From Zootoca vivipara (Eukaryota), in contig NC_083276.1 of assembly GCF_963506605.1 (NCBI RefSeq), positions 49,786,001 to 49,850,000 on the forward strand: 64,000 nucleotides of DNA, written 5' to 3'. Positions 13,729-25,220 of the stretch are shown in pieces. The notes under the pieces were generated by a model that searched no databases, had not been told where the DNA came from, and was given only the letters and a program-made list of their open reading frames with translations. A program made the translations under genes and the position numbers. Within the stretch, counting starts at the first letter, position 1; each line of letters begins with the position of its first letter.

Positions 13729-14979
13729 TATTTTGTAGAAAATTTGCAAGCACTCCTTAACAGGCATGTATCTTATTAATGAAGTGTGTTGCTTTTATTG
13801 CAGGGCACATGTTCAGACAGTTAGCTTCCAGGGCTTTATTATGCTAAACACTGCTCAAGACACTTGTGGAACACTTCTTCAGTGGTACTTCATGTGTCTT
13901 AAGTCAACAAGGGACCTGTGCAATCACGAAATTTGTCTAGCTGACCTTGGGGACCTTTCACACCTGACCGAGCTTCTCCCTACTCAGAAGCTCTTTATAT
14001 ATGCTCTCAATATGCCGTACTTCTAGTTGCTGTGGGCTGGGGCTGCTGCTTGTCACATGGGTTCAAAGAGTGACTATAGAAAGCATATTATGTCTGTCTT
14101 AAATTTTAGATCCATTATGTTAGTTAGATGGGCTTCATGATTGTCTAGATTTCTTGCTCCCACGTCTTGGAACGTCCCTAATGGCACTATCTTGAGGACT
14201 CCACAATTCCTTGGAGTCTTGGGTGGGTAATTTGTACAGCTATTATTAGTTTCCAGGACTTCCATGCAGAATAGATGAAATTTGAAGGGAAAGTGAAAGC
14301 ATACTGAAGTATGTGTATGTGTGTCAGACAGGTGTTTCTTGATAAACCTAAAGTGAAATAAAACTACACTTTCTTGACTCCAGTAGGCCTAATCCATTTG
14401 TCAGTCAGCTACCAGGCTAATGGTAATGTCATAAATAAGCCAGGCAATAATAATGTGGCTGCTTATAAGGGCCACACATATGAACAGTCTTAAATGCAAA
14501 ATTCCACCTGAACAATATGGTTCTGTTTATGGAGCTTTACGGATGCATGTGTTCCTTAGTAGTCCTACTGCCTGATCCTTTAAGAAGGCCTTCTGCTGCC
14601 ATTAGGCATCATAGGGCGCTGCCACAGAATATTTTGACAGGGTTAGTTTATATGTAGTTACCAAAGTTTACAGCCGCTCTTCATGCAAATAAGATTTATA
14701 CCTTGCTACTTCTGGACATTCATAGCAATGTGCTGAAAATAACCAAATCCAAGTAGAGAATCTCGGAATGCAAATGACTCTCCACATAGTAGCAACCATG
14801 ATCAGAGGTGAACAAACAGGTTTGTGGGACCTGGCCTGATTATATAGTTCACATTTTGGCAATATATGCTGCAAGTTCTGAAACTGATTATTTTGCCAAG
14901 TATAGTAGCATGTTTACTTTCCTATAGAGGTCTTATGGAGAAAAATGTCTTAATTTCCCATTTTCCTTTTGTATGGCAG

Positions 14980-15072
14980 GGCCTTAAACTCTGGGGTTGA
15001 GTACTACTGGGACCAGCTGAATGAGACCGTCTTCACTGTGCATTCCAACAGCAGGAGTACCGAGCGGCCTGG
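14980..15072 (+). CDS. AMBRA1: AMBRA1 third-to-last coding exon ([30 protein letters not shown])
   Basis: Pyrimidine tract and AG acceptor at 14978-14979; GTGAGT donor at 15073. Translation matches the vertebrate AMBRA1 C-terminal region as I recall it. The trailing GG joins the A of the next exon to give Gly. Confidence 0.95.
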
Positions 15073-15764
15073 GTGAGTCTTGGAGGATGAGTGTAGGGGC
15101 AATCAGTCATAGCTTGGGAGCACATGCTGAACTGTATGTTTCTTCCATCGAATTTACAAGGGCTGGTTATGCCTGTGTTTCCCTCTTATGATGGCTGAAT
15201 ATTTAAAACTTATCTACCCCTTGGCACTTGACTGACTGCCAGTGGTTATGTTTGGTCTATTCACTGGTGCAGGCTGAAATTTTAAAGTACATCTGTCAAC
15301 TGCGGTCCTTCTAGCTGCCAATCATACCCTCATTTAAGTCATTTGAGAAGCTATATGTGCTTTGTGTGAAAATGTTACATGAAATTGAAATAAATGATGG
15401 TAAGGGAAATGCTGTGAGGCTAGACTAGTTACAACCTAAAACATAGAATCTGGCACTAACACTGAGGTCTTTAACCAGAATCATTCATAGAGATAAAAGG
15501 TAGAGGATATCTAAATAGACATTTTGACTACCCTAGATCATGTTTAGTCAGTATAGTGTCCTCCATATGTTTTGGATAACAACTCCCAGCATTGCCAGTG
15601 GTCAGGGATGATGCAAACTATAGTCCACAACATCTAGATCATTGTACAAAGAAGATGCTTATGGTGTTCACTGAAGTGCAAAATAAAGTACTGATAAATT
15701 ACTGTTTTCAGGGACATAGAGGATGTTGTGTGTTTACCCTTCAATTTATTTCTCTCTCTTTTAG

Positions 15765-15958
15765 AACTAGCAGAGCCACATGGAGGACAGACAGGGACAT
15801 GGGTCTAATGAATGCCATAGGCCTGCAGCCACGGAACCCAACCACTTCTGTGACATCACAGGGCACACAGACTCTGGCTCCTCAGCTGCAGAATGCAGAG
15901 ACACAAACGGAGAGGGAAGTTCAGGAACCAGGAGGTTCTGCTTCAGGGACTGCAGAAG
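15765..15958 (+). CDS. AMBRA1: AMBRA1 penultimate coding exon ([25 protein letters not shown]...GTQT...ETQT...TAE)
   Basis: tctctctcttttag acceptor ending 15764; GT donor at 15959; phases fit both neighbouring exons. Contains both TQT dynein-light-chain motifs (15865-15873, 15901-15909). Confidence 0.95.
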
Positions 15959-18447
15959 GTTAGAACATGTAAAATAACCAAAAGTAATGGGAACATGGGA
16001 TGTGACATTCTTAAAAGTAGAATCTATCTACATATAGAAGCTGCCTTATCCATAACCATAGCCTTCCTTGATAGAGTGAAAGAATCTTCCTTGATAGAGT
16101 GAAAGAATTTTTCCAGTATAGGTTACCTTCCTTTTGGTCTTCACACCTCTTGAGCTTGTTGTGTCCAAAGAGGCTTGCATCTAAAACATTATCAATAAGC
16201 CAACAAATTGCTGCTCCTTCTTCAGATTAAAGAGTGCTAAGATTCTAGCAAAGGAAACTTTTCCTCTCTGTGTAACTTGCGGAGGTTTAGAAAACATTTC
16301 TCTCACACATAACAGACCACAAACGTTGTGTGAATTGCAAACATTTGCAAGTATGTTGGGGACTTCACTGAATGATGACAAGCAACTGATGGAAATCAGT
16401 TGTTGGTCACCAGCACTGTGTCTCCTCCTGCGCTCTTCTCTGTTGTTGTTTTTCTGCCAGCAGGTGCCCACATCTAAATAATGTTTTGATGCTTAGCTTC
16501 TGAAATAGTGCTTGCCACCTACCCATAGTCTCTTTGGGAACATATGTTTCACTTAGACCTTAGGTATACTCTTGGCTGGGGGGGAAGTACCAGAAGGCCA
16601 GACCTCAAGAGATACTGAAGAACTGGTTTGATTTGATCATTCCCTTCCACTAGCTATTTGGAAACACTGCCCACCCTATATTCTGACTTCAGTATCTTGA
16701 TTTGTTTTTATTATTATTCCTGTGCAACTCTGAGAGCTAGAGACTTAAAAGTTAAAGCTGGGATTCTGGAAATTCTTGTGAACGTGCTGGGTTTCAAGCT
16801 GGAAGCCAGATTCCTCCCACTGGTGTCATTTGTAAAAGGCCACTGACACGGAATGCATCAACCTGTGTACATAGGAAGGTTCACCAGAAAATCAGATTGT
16901 TTGGAGTCATCCATACTAAAGTAAATCCTTAAAACGATTCTATAGTGCTCCTCATTATCAGCTGCCCTATCATAGGTGCTAGGCTTCCTTTGAACAAAGA
17001 TATAGGGGTCTTTTCCACTTGCACTTAATAGAGATGGAGCATGTTAGTTTGTAGGACATAAAGCCTTGACTTATCACCTCAGTAAGCAATTCACTTTTTG
17101 TTACAGGCACAGCTTCTGCTCGCAGCAGTTGTAAAATCAGTTACTGTGAAGTGATTGCAATCTTTCCTTCAGGTTTCTATTTGAGGATAAATTCAGAAAG
17201 TAGATTTGCATCACATATCAGGAACCACCACATTTGTCAGTAGATTGAGTGGATAATAATTGTGTTTGCTTCTAATGCTGAACTGTAGCTCCGCTACCAC
17301 CTGCTCTCCCAGCATGACCACCAGGAGAAAATTGGAAGCTTGTTTTCCCTATTTATTATTATATATAGTTAATGTTACTTGAGAACCCTACATTCTGCTC
17401 AGTCTTTAGTTTAGCTTAATAAAGCAAGCCCTCTTCATAAAATGCAGTTTGAGGTTGTCGTCCAGGTTTGGATGTCACAGTCTGAAGGAGAAACTTTTTT
17501 TAAAAAAATTGATATTTTATTGAAAACATTTCAAATATAAAGCAGTAAACGAAAAAGAACAAAGCACACAACTGTGTAAAGGGGGGGGGCAACATTATAT
17601 GAATATATCCCCAAAAGAGGAGAAACTTCCCAATTTCTCTTTCTGACATTGACCCAAAGGAGGAGGGCTTGTGAAGGCCTGAGGCTTGCTGCAGCTCATC
17701 TTTATAATATTAAAGCATGGTTTAATGTTACATGTTACCACAGAAACTGACTAATGCAATGGGTTGGGGGTTGGTGTAAATACTATAAAATTATTGTTTC
17801 TTCTCTGCATATCTCTCTTGAAGAAGATATGTGGCAGCAATTTTATCTACCGGTAATTATTATTTTAACTGAAGACAGATAAACACTAAGGGTAAACCCA
17901 CACTAGTATTCTACATGTATTTCATTTCACTTTTGCTCCTTATGAATCTCCACATGTTGCTTCCTCCCAAAATTAGACTCAGTAGCATTTTGTTTCCTAG
18001 ATTTTTTTCCCCACAAAAAACATTGAAAAAGAGATTGAAGAACTTCAAGAAAATATGATACAGTGGCCAGTGACCAAGATCAAAATTAATGATGTGCTAA
18101 AGTGGCCCTTGGAATGTAATGACTCGTATTCACTGCTAAAGAATAAATGTAAAAATAAAAGAAGTCTGATAATGATGCTGGGATAGGCCAATACATAGGA
18201 AGGACAAAACATCAGTCCAGACCTATCATACAAAAGTACGTACTAATTTAAATGAGGTAGAAAATTTCTTATGGTGCAACTAATGCATACAGTGATGGGT
18301 CCTTGGAATAGACTCCACCCTCACAAAAATATCAGTAGCCATTCACACGAAGTGCCACATCATAAGATAAGCAACCATGCTCCACTCTCACCCACAAGAC
18401 AAAATAAGAGTCAATTTTTGTGTTTTCTTTATTCGAAATGTCCACAC

Positions 18448-18696
18448 CAGGGGTAGGTAACCTAAGGCCTGTGGGCCGGATGTGGCCCAATCGCCTTCTC
18501 CATCCAACCCATGGACGGTCCAGGAATCAGCGTGTTTTTACATAAGTAGAATGTGTCCTTTTATTTAAAATGCATCTCTGGGTTATTTGTGGGGCATAGG
18601 AATTTGTCCCCCCCCCCAAAAAAAAATAGTCTGGCCCACCACATGGTCTGAGGGATGGTGGACCGGCCCACAGCTGAAAAAGGTTACTGACCCCTG
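18448..18696. mobile_element. hAT-Charlie-like MITE
   Basis: CAGGGGTAGGTAACCT...AGGTTACTGACCCCTG; TSD GTCCACAC/TTCCACAC. Confidence 0.85.
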
Positions 18697-21159
18697 TTCC
18701 ACACTAACTAATGGCAACTTGCCCTGGGGTGGGGTGGGGGGAGAGGAGGAAGAGAAATAACAGGCAAAATTTTTGTTAGCAAAGAAGACTGACATGGAGG
18801 GCTTGAAACAATATTTAGACCTCATCTTTTAGAACTAAATATTTACCGTTCAGTCTAAACAGGCTCAGATAGCTCCTGGGTAGCAGAGTTCCTAATGTCT
18901 TCCACTTTAATCCATTAAGCTGAGAGCATTTAGAATTCCTGTTTCCCATCAGTAATTTGATAGTTCATAAAGGTAAGGTGTGGATGCCTCTGCAAGTCCT
19001 CACTACTACAGTGTATCTCACCCCCAACAGTAAGCTTTTGGGAAGGAGAGGGGACCCGTGGAGAGGGCTGGGTCCAAGCATTGCTGGGCTTGGTGCTTTC
19101 TCAGAAAAAGCCCGAAAAGACCACATTTCCCCCAATAACTTTCCATGAAAGCTTAGAAAACTGAACTGCTTACAAGGCAAGCCCGGGGGTGAGGAGAAGC
19201 TCAGCCATAACTATAAAAGTGAAGCAGTATTCTCTGCCAATCAAGTAACGCAGTTAGGATTCAAAAAATCCTGAGTGCATATCCCAACTCTGCCATGAAC
19301 TCACCATGCAGCCTTTGAAAATGATTGAATTTGTCTGTAAAATGGAATAAACATTTCCTACAGTATTTCCCCGGGAGGTTTTGTGGATTAATTAGTATTT
19401 GTAAAGAGCTTTGTTGATGTAAATCATTATGAGACTGAATAGTATTGGTGGCACTCAGCAGGATGATAAAAGACATTACTCAGTTGGTTCAGTGACTGCT
19501 TTGGAAGAAGACAGAAAAGGAGAAATGTGTATTACAAATGGCTTGGATTGCAGACTTTCTTAATATGTATAATACTTTGCCAGGGCAGGGCACTTTTTAT
19601 CACAGGTGTCATGTCAAAGACCTAAAACATAGCATTAGAAACAGGTCTTTGTCACATTGGTAAATGTAGCCCGTTTCCCCTTCTGCAGGGTTCTGCAGAG
19701 ATTGTCTTTCTGAGAGTCTCTGCTCCTTCTTTGGAAGGATGACGATAATGTGAGTAAACTTATTAAAAGTGAATCCCTCTAGTGCAGATGTTTCCTTTTC
19801 TGTCAGTTAATTGCTGTCTTGTGTACTCTGTTGCTGCTGAAGCCTGCATCAATCAAAGAAATGTAAGTGTAGGCAAATGAAAATGACAAATGTTAGGCTC
19901 AAAGATCTCTTGCTGGTTAAAAATGTTTCCAGTACAAGGCAATATCCAACCAAAATCCCACACTTCCATTGATTCCATGGGGGAGATTTACGCACACGTT
20001 TAACTCTTTCATTGAAATAAACAGGACACAGATTTTGCTCATAATGGCTATTATTCTTATCATTTCTGGCCAAATACTGTGGCTGTCAACTTACAAATAT
20101 GAGGGCACTGGCAGAACAGTGAAGGGGAGCTGATCATATACCGCATCCTTGGCAAGTCGTCAAGCCTTTGACTTAATAATGAGAGCAATTGTTCTTAATT
20201 TTAAGATCAAATTCCTAAATAATTTGCATTGCTGCAAAGGGAGATGTTGCAGCGTCTTGTCATCTTGATGTCAGGGTTTCTTCCATGACTTGAGATTTGT
20301 AGCCAAGATATTTCAAAGCCCAATACGGTATATGAGTTAGTGATAATCATCCTTGAATGAGTTTGTAGTCTGTTACCTTGAATATCTTTGTCCATTTCTG
20401 GGGGTCTCCAGTGCAGGGTGACACGTCATTTTCAGGACTTGCTTCTGCAGTTATTCAGGTTCATGTAGAGTGTGTTGAACACATGTAGGAAAATCATTCT
20501 GGATGTAAAAGTTTCCCCAGTTCCTTGGAAAATACCTCCTTTAACCAAAGAGGCCTCCATTGTGGTTGCCAATTGCTTTGGAATCAAATTTTCAGGACTT
20601 AAGTCCTCCTTCAAATACAGTTAAGTCATTTTAAATGAGGAATCTGGTAGTTGCTTTCTGAATTTTGTATCCAGTACCTGATCATTCTTTCAGACTGAGC
20701 AAAATGGATTGTAATTGTGGACTCGCACCAGTGTCCCTCTCTGTGGAATGAGATACCATGATGGTGACTGTATGTATTATAGGCAATAGGGTTTTGTTTT
20801 TGTGTTGCACTTGGACACATATTTTTTTTAATTTCATTTGTGCTCATTGAGCTTTCGGCTGTTTCAAAGACTTATTGAGTTCATTCTCTGAATGACATCC
20901 GCATAGAGCAAATGGCGGAACTGCTCAGGTGTTTGAAGGGTAATTTTGCTTTAAGATGATTTCCAATGTGGGAACAACCAAAGTGAAAGGACAGCAGCTG
21001 TTTTCCCTCTGTGTTACATCTGCTCACATCACCCAGTGTCGTCTTTGCTGAGTTGGTTTTTCAGCTGGTTTGAATTTAGTCATTTATTCGCTGTCATTTT
21101 CCCTTCTAAGATTGAATGATATTTAAGGGCACATGGCAAACTTCATTTTCACCTTTTTA

Positions 21160-22080
21160 GAGGGTTATGTCAAGGATGCACCTAGGCACCCTTTTTGCTT
21201 TATGTATAGAACCCTTAGCTAAAAAGGATTTATGGGTAGCAGGGAAAAAGAGGATTGTATATTTAGGAACTACAGTAGTGAACTTAAGATGTTGTAACCA
21301 TTTTAGAATTATTAACCTTCCCCCCCCCAGCTATTATGAAAGAGACGAAAAGGTTCCTTGTCATAAAATTATTCTAAATCAAAGTTATTTACTTCTAAGG
21401 GTAAATTGCATGCAGTGAAGCACAAAAATTAAATACCTTGCAATCATCTTATCAAATAGTATAAAAGATCTATAGAACTCAACTTCCTACCTTTAATTAA
21501 ACTTTTAAAATCCACTGTAATATTAAAGAAATTATACAGTATCCTTCCCAGACAGAATTTCATGTATAATAATGAATCTGCTTCTTAAAATCTCTCCCAC
21601 CTGCACACACGCACATACATACATGCAATTAATAAGCAGTGCTTTTTCCCCCCAGGGGGTACTCATGGGTACGCAGTAACGGCACCCTTTTTTGTTGTTA
21701 AAAAGTGTGGCACTTCCTGTAACAACTTTGTGGTGAGAACCAGCACCTATTTTTCTAAAACAACAACCAAAAAGCCACCAAACACTGGTATCAAATACAG
21801 TAATATTCTTTTTTCTAATAGAGTTATAATATATGGACTACTGGCGATGTCTGTTGTCCAAACTATTGTTTCTATGTGGCCCATATAAAGGCTATGGCAG
21901 TCTGATAGCAAGGTGATCAAAACAAGCAAGAAGACCAAAAAGTACCCAAGCAATCATTTATGCTGCCCTGTGATCTGAGTTAAGAATCCCGCACCTAGGA
22001 TTTCAGGTCTCCATGAAAGGAGTATCATAAAATGTAGCTGCTGGATATCCATTATCACAAATGGAGGAATTATAAACATT
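21160..22080 (+). mobile_element. Highly degraded L1 ORF2 remnant
   Basis: QGC...LFALCIEPLA RT motif and A-rich sense strand; extent approximate. Confidence 0.5.
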
Positions 22081-22123
22081 CAAAACTCTGCTTTTTTTAA
22101 AAAAAACTAACAAGAAAAAGGAT

Positions 22124-22278
22124 AAAAAAATTCCTTCAGTAGCACCTTAAAGACCAACTAAGTTTATATTTTGGTATGAGCTTTCGTGTGCATGCATATA
22201 AACTTAGTTGGTCTTTAAGGTGCTACTGAAGGAATTTTTTTATTTTGCTTCGACTCAGACCAACACGGCCACCTACTG
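22124..22278 (+). mobile_element. PLE fold-back mini-insertion with truncated hammerhead
   Basis: 46-bp perfect inverted arms (22124-22169, 22196-22241); same tail as the 34448 copy; TSD TAACAAGAAAAAGGAT (22108-22123, 22279-22294). Confidence 0.85.
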
Positions 22279-23284
22279 TAACAAGAAAAAGGATGCAACA
22301 GGACTGCAAATGTTCTTTCACCATGGAGAAACGGAACTTAAATATATGTATGAGTAATATAGTTGTTTCCACTTTTTCATATTTGCAAATAAATGTCATG
22401 CAAACAGCAGTAAATTATCAGTCTTTATATCGCCAAGCAAGAGCTAGTTTAAGTAGATAGAAACTAATTAGTCTTGTTTTAGATGCAAGACCAGTCTTTG
22501 TCATGTTGGGGGGAAATAATTGATTATGCTGGTGGTTTCTTGTCTTGTTGTAAACAACCCTGGGGTTCCTTGTGTTTACTGAAGGCTATTCATTGAGAAG
22601 ATAAGTAATGGTGAGCAACAATCCTAGTAAGACACCTGCCCACATTTATTGATCCTTTTCTAAATGCAAAGTTGCATGTGCAGGGTATTTGATGTGTTGG
22701 GTTGCAAATTTTGGATGAAGCAATGTTGGGTCCCAGTGAATCTAGCCAGTATTCTGCATGGACAGAATGTGTGTTCTAGAGCTCTTTACATAATTTTTTT
22801 GCAACATGCATGGTATTCCACAGCAGATATTGGTGTTTCCTTGGGAGATGAGTTTATATAGACAGGGCTTTTTAAAGCAAGAACTTTAAAAACTACTTGA
22901 TTAGAAAAAATATCTCCTGAACAATGAACCATATGGAACAATGCTATTTCATTTATTTATACAACCATGATTAGAGGCAAATTTATAAAACTGTGATCTA
23001 AATACCATATGGCACCCACCTGTTTATAATTTCATTCGTTATAAAAAGATATTTGGGACTCAGAGCTCAGCTGCGCTTTCATTAGCACATGGGAACTGCT
23101 TCCTTATGTTGAAATTCCACTGTGACTCAATACATGCTCATAACCAGGAGCCATTTGAATCACTCTTTCCCACCTGAATATATGATCTCCCTCCCTTCTG
23201 GCTCTGTAATATCCCAATAACAAGCTGCATAATTGGCTTAGATTAACAAATTTACAGGAGTTGCATGGCACCATAAAATAGTAG

Positions 23285-23482
23285 ATTCAGGTAGGTAGCT
23301 GTGTTGGTCTGACGCAGTCGAAATAAATAAAAAAATAAAAAAATTGTCCTGTAGCACCTTAGAAACCAACTAAATTTGTTCTGGGTATAAGCTTGCGTGT
23401 CCATGCACACTTCTTCAGATACACGAAAGCTTATACCCAGAACAAACTTAGTTGGTCTCTAAGGTGCTACTGGACATTTTTT
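23285..23482 (-). mobile_element. PLE fold-back mini-insertion, second subfamily, degenerate hammerhead
   Basis: Reverse-orientation tail; inverted arms; minus-strand CTGAAGA...GCAA (GAAA mutated); 13-bp TSD CATAAAATAGTAG (23272-23284, 23483-23495). Confidence 0.8.
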
Positions 23483-25017
23483 CATAAAATAGTAGTTCTC
23501 ATGCTGTTCCAACTGATTATGTTGAGCCTTCTTTACCGGTGGGGCATCAAAATTGTTATGTATCACCAATACATAAGCATGGTGCATCTAAATTACTAAT
23601 AAAGCCTGAAAAAGGGATAGTGTCCAGGAATGAATATCTATGCAAAACAGCATTGGAAAAGAGATACTTTCTTCTATTGCTGCTGCTTGTTACTTTGGGT
23701 AATGGCTGACATTCAGTCTTTAGATCATGTGCTGCATCCATTTCTCTTACACTGAGGAAAGAGTGCTGCACCTTTTTATAATGTGCAATTCAATTCTTGT
23801 CATCAGGGGAAACACCTGTTGCATTTGCTGAAGTTGGCTCATGCCACAATAAATGTGTGCATCTTTAAAGATGCTGCGGGACTCTCTGTTCTTGCTGCAC
23901 ATGGTGAAAACTGTTTCCTGTTTGAAATTTCTAAGATGAAAGTGCTAATACATTCAGGGGAGGGAGAGGGAGAATGAGTTAGGCCAAGAGAGCAACAGGG
24001 CAAATGGTGATGCCTTGTGGGCCTAACAATGCAGCTGAAGATGAAGCCCTTGGTAAAAATGCTAACTTCGGCTTCTCTGCATTTCCTAGTCTATATTAAT
24101 CAGATCACTCCCGACATGATAAATTACCAAGCAGCCAGTTCTGCTGTGGAATCAGCACCTGCTGCTTCTGGGACTAGAAAAGAGCCCCAGCCCCTGGAAT
24201 TTTGCCCTTGCCGCAGAATTAAAACAGATGACTTGTGTGGAAGAGGAAGCCAGGAAAAAAGAGCATGTTGGCATGTTCTACCTGAAAGGCTCAGCACATG
24301 ATCATCCTAGGGCTTGCAAGTGAAGCAATAGCTGACAAGTGTGGTAGACTTACATTTCTGAAAAGGATGAGCCCCTCATTTTATATGACAAAGATGTACA
24401 AAGGGAGGACGTCAGGTGCTAAGAAATATTTAGATGGTTTCTAGTACTTGGGGCTGGTTTTGTTCACATAAAGCAGAAGGTCTATGGGTGTAGTTAATAT
24501 CTACCTCACTCAAGTCATTCCAACAGTATCCAATGAAAGATGCTAGATTTAGCTAAAGCTTGAATGCCCTTGTGATAAGGATAGGATTTGCTAATAAGAT
24601 AGAACTCCTGAAGGTCTTCCTTGCTTGAAGATGGTCACCCTTTCCTGATGTATTCTCAGCAGATGGGTAAGTGCAGTGAAGTTGTTCGCGGTGAATAGCT
24701 TCAGAGAGGAGAAACCACAAGGACCCCCCCCCCTCCTTTTTTCCTTGTTGTCCACTAGCTATGTAGTAATACTGCATTAGTTACTGGACTGGAGTCTTCT
24801 TGAAATGAAAAAAACTGTTCGCCTTCTCTGTGCCATGCATAATTTTATAAACTTCTGTCATGTCACTCCTTACTCGTCTTTTCTCATTTGTGTAATATAA
24901 TTTGCTTAAATACAGCTTCTTACATTTATAGCTGTGATTCGCATAAACTGGGATTTTGGTCACCAAAATCTATAGAAGAGTGGCTTCCCAAAATGTAGAT
25001 GTTAATGATGGAGAAAG

Positions 25018-25220
25018 AACAAAAAGTCTTGTAGCACCTTAAAGTCTTAAGAAAATTATTTAGGCATTCCAATGTCTTGTAGCCATTTTAGTACTTTGCA
25101 GCAACAAAGTCTTGTAGCATCTTAATGACTAACATGTATTATACCATAATATTTTTTTTAGTCTTTAAGGTGCTACAAGACTTTGTTGTTTTTCATGTAG
25201 CTGACGGTCATGACTACTCT
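25018..25220. mobile_element. Older PLE inverted-repeat remnant
   Basis: AAGTCTTGTAGCA occurs twice, then inverted as GTGCTACAAGACTT. Confidence 0.6.

Noticed and set aside
21637-21787. hAT MITE with CAGTG...CACTG ends
   Set aside because: Termini are plausible but no TSD is visible, so it is not listed as a feature.
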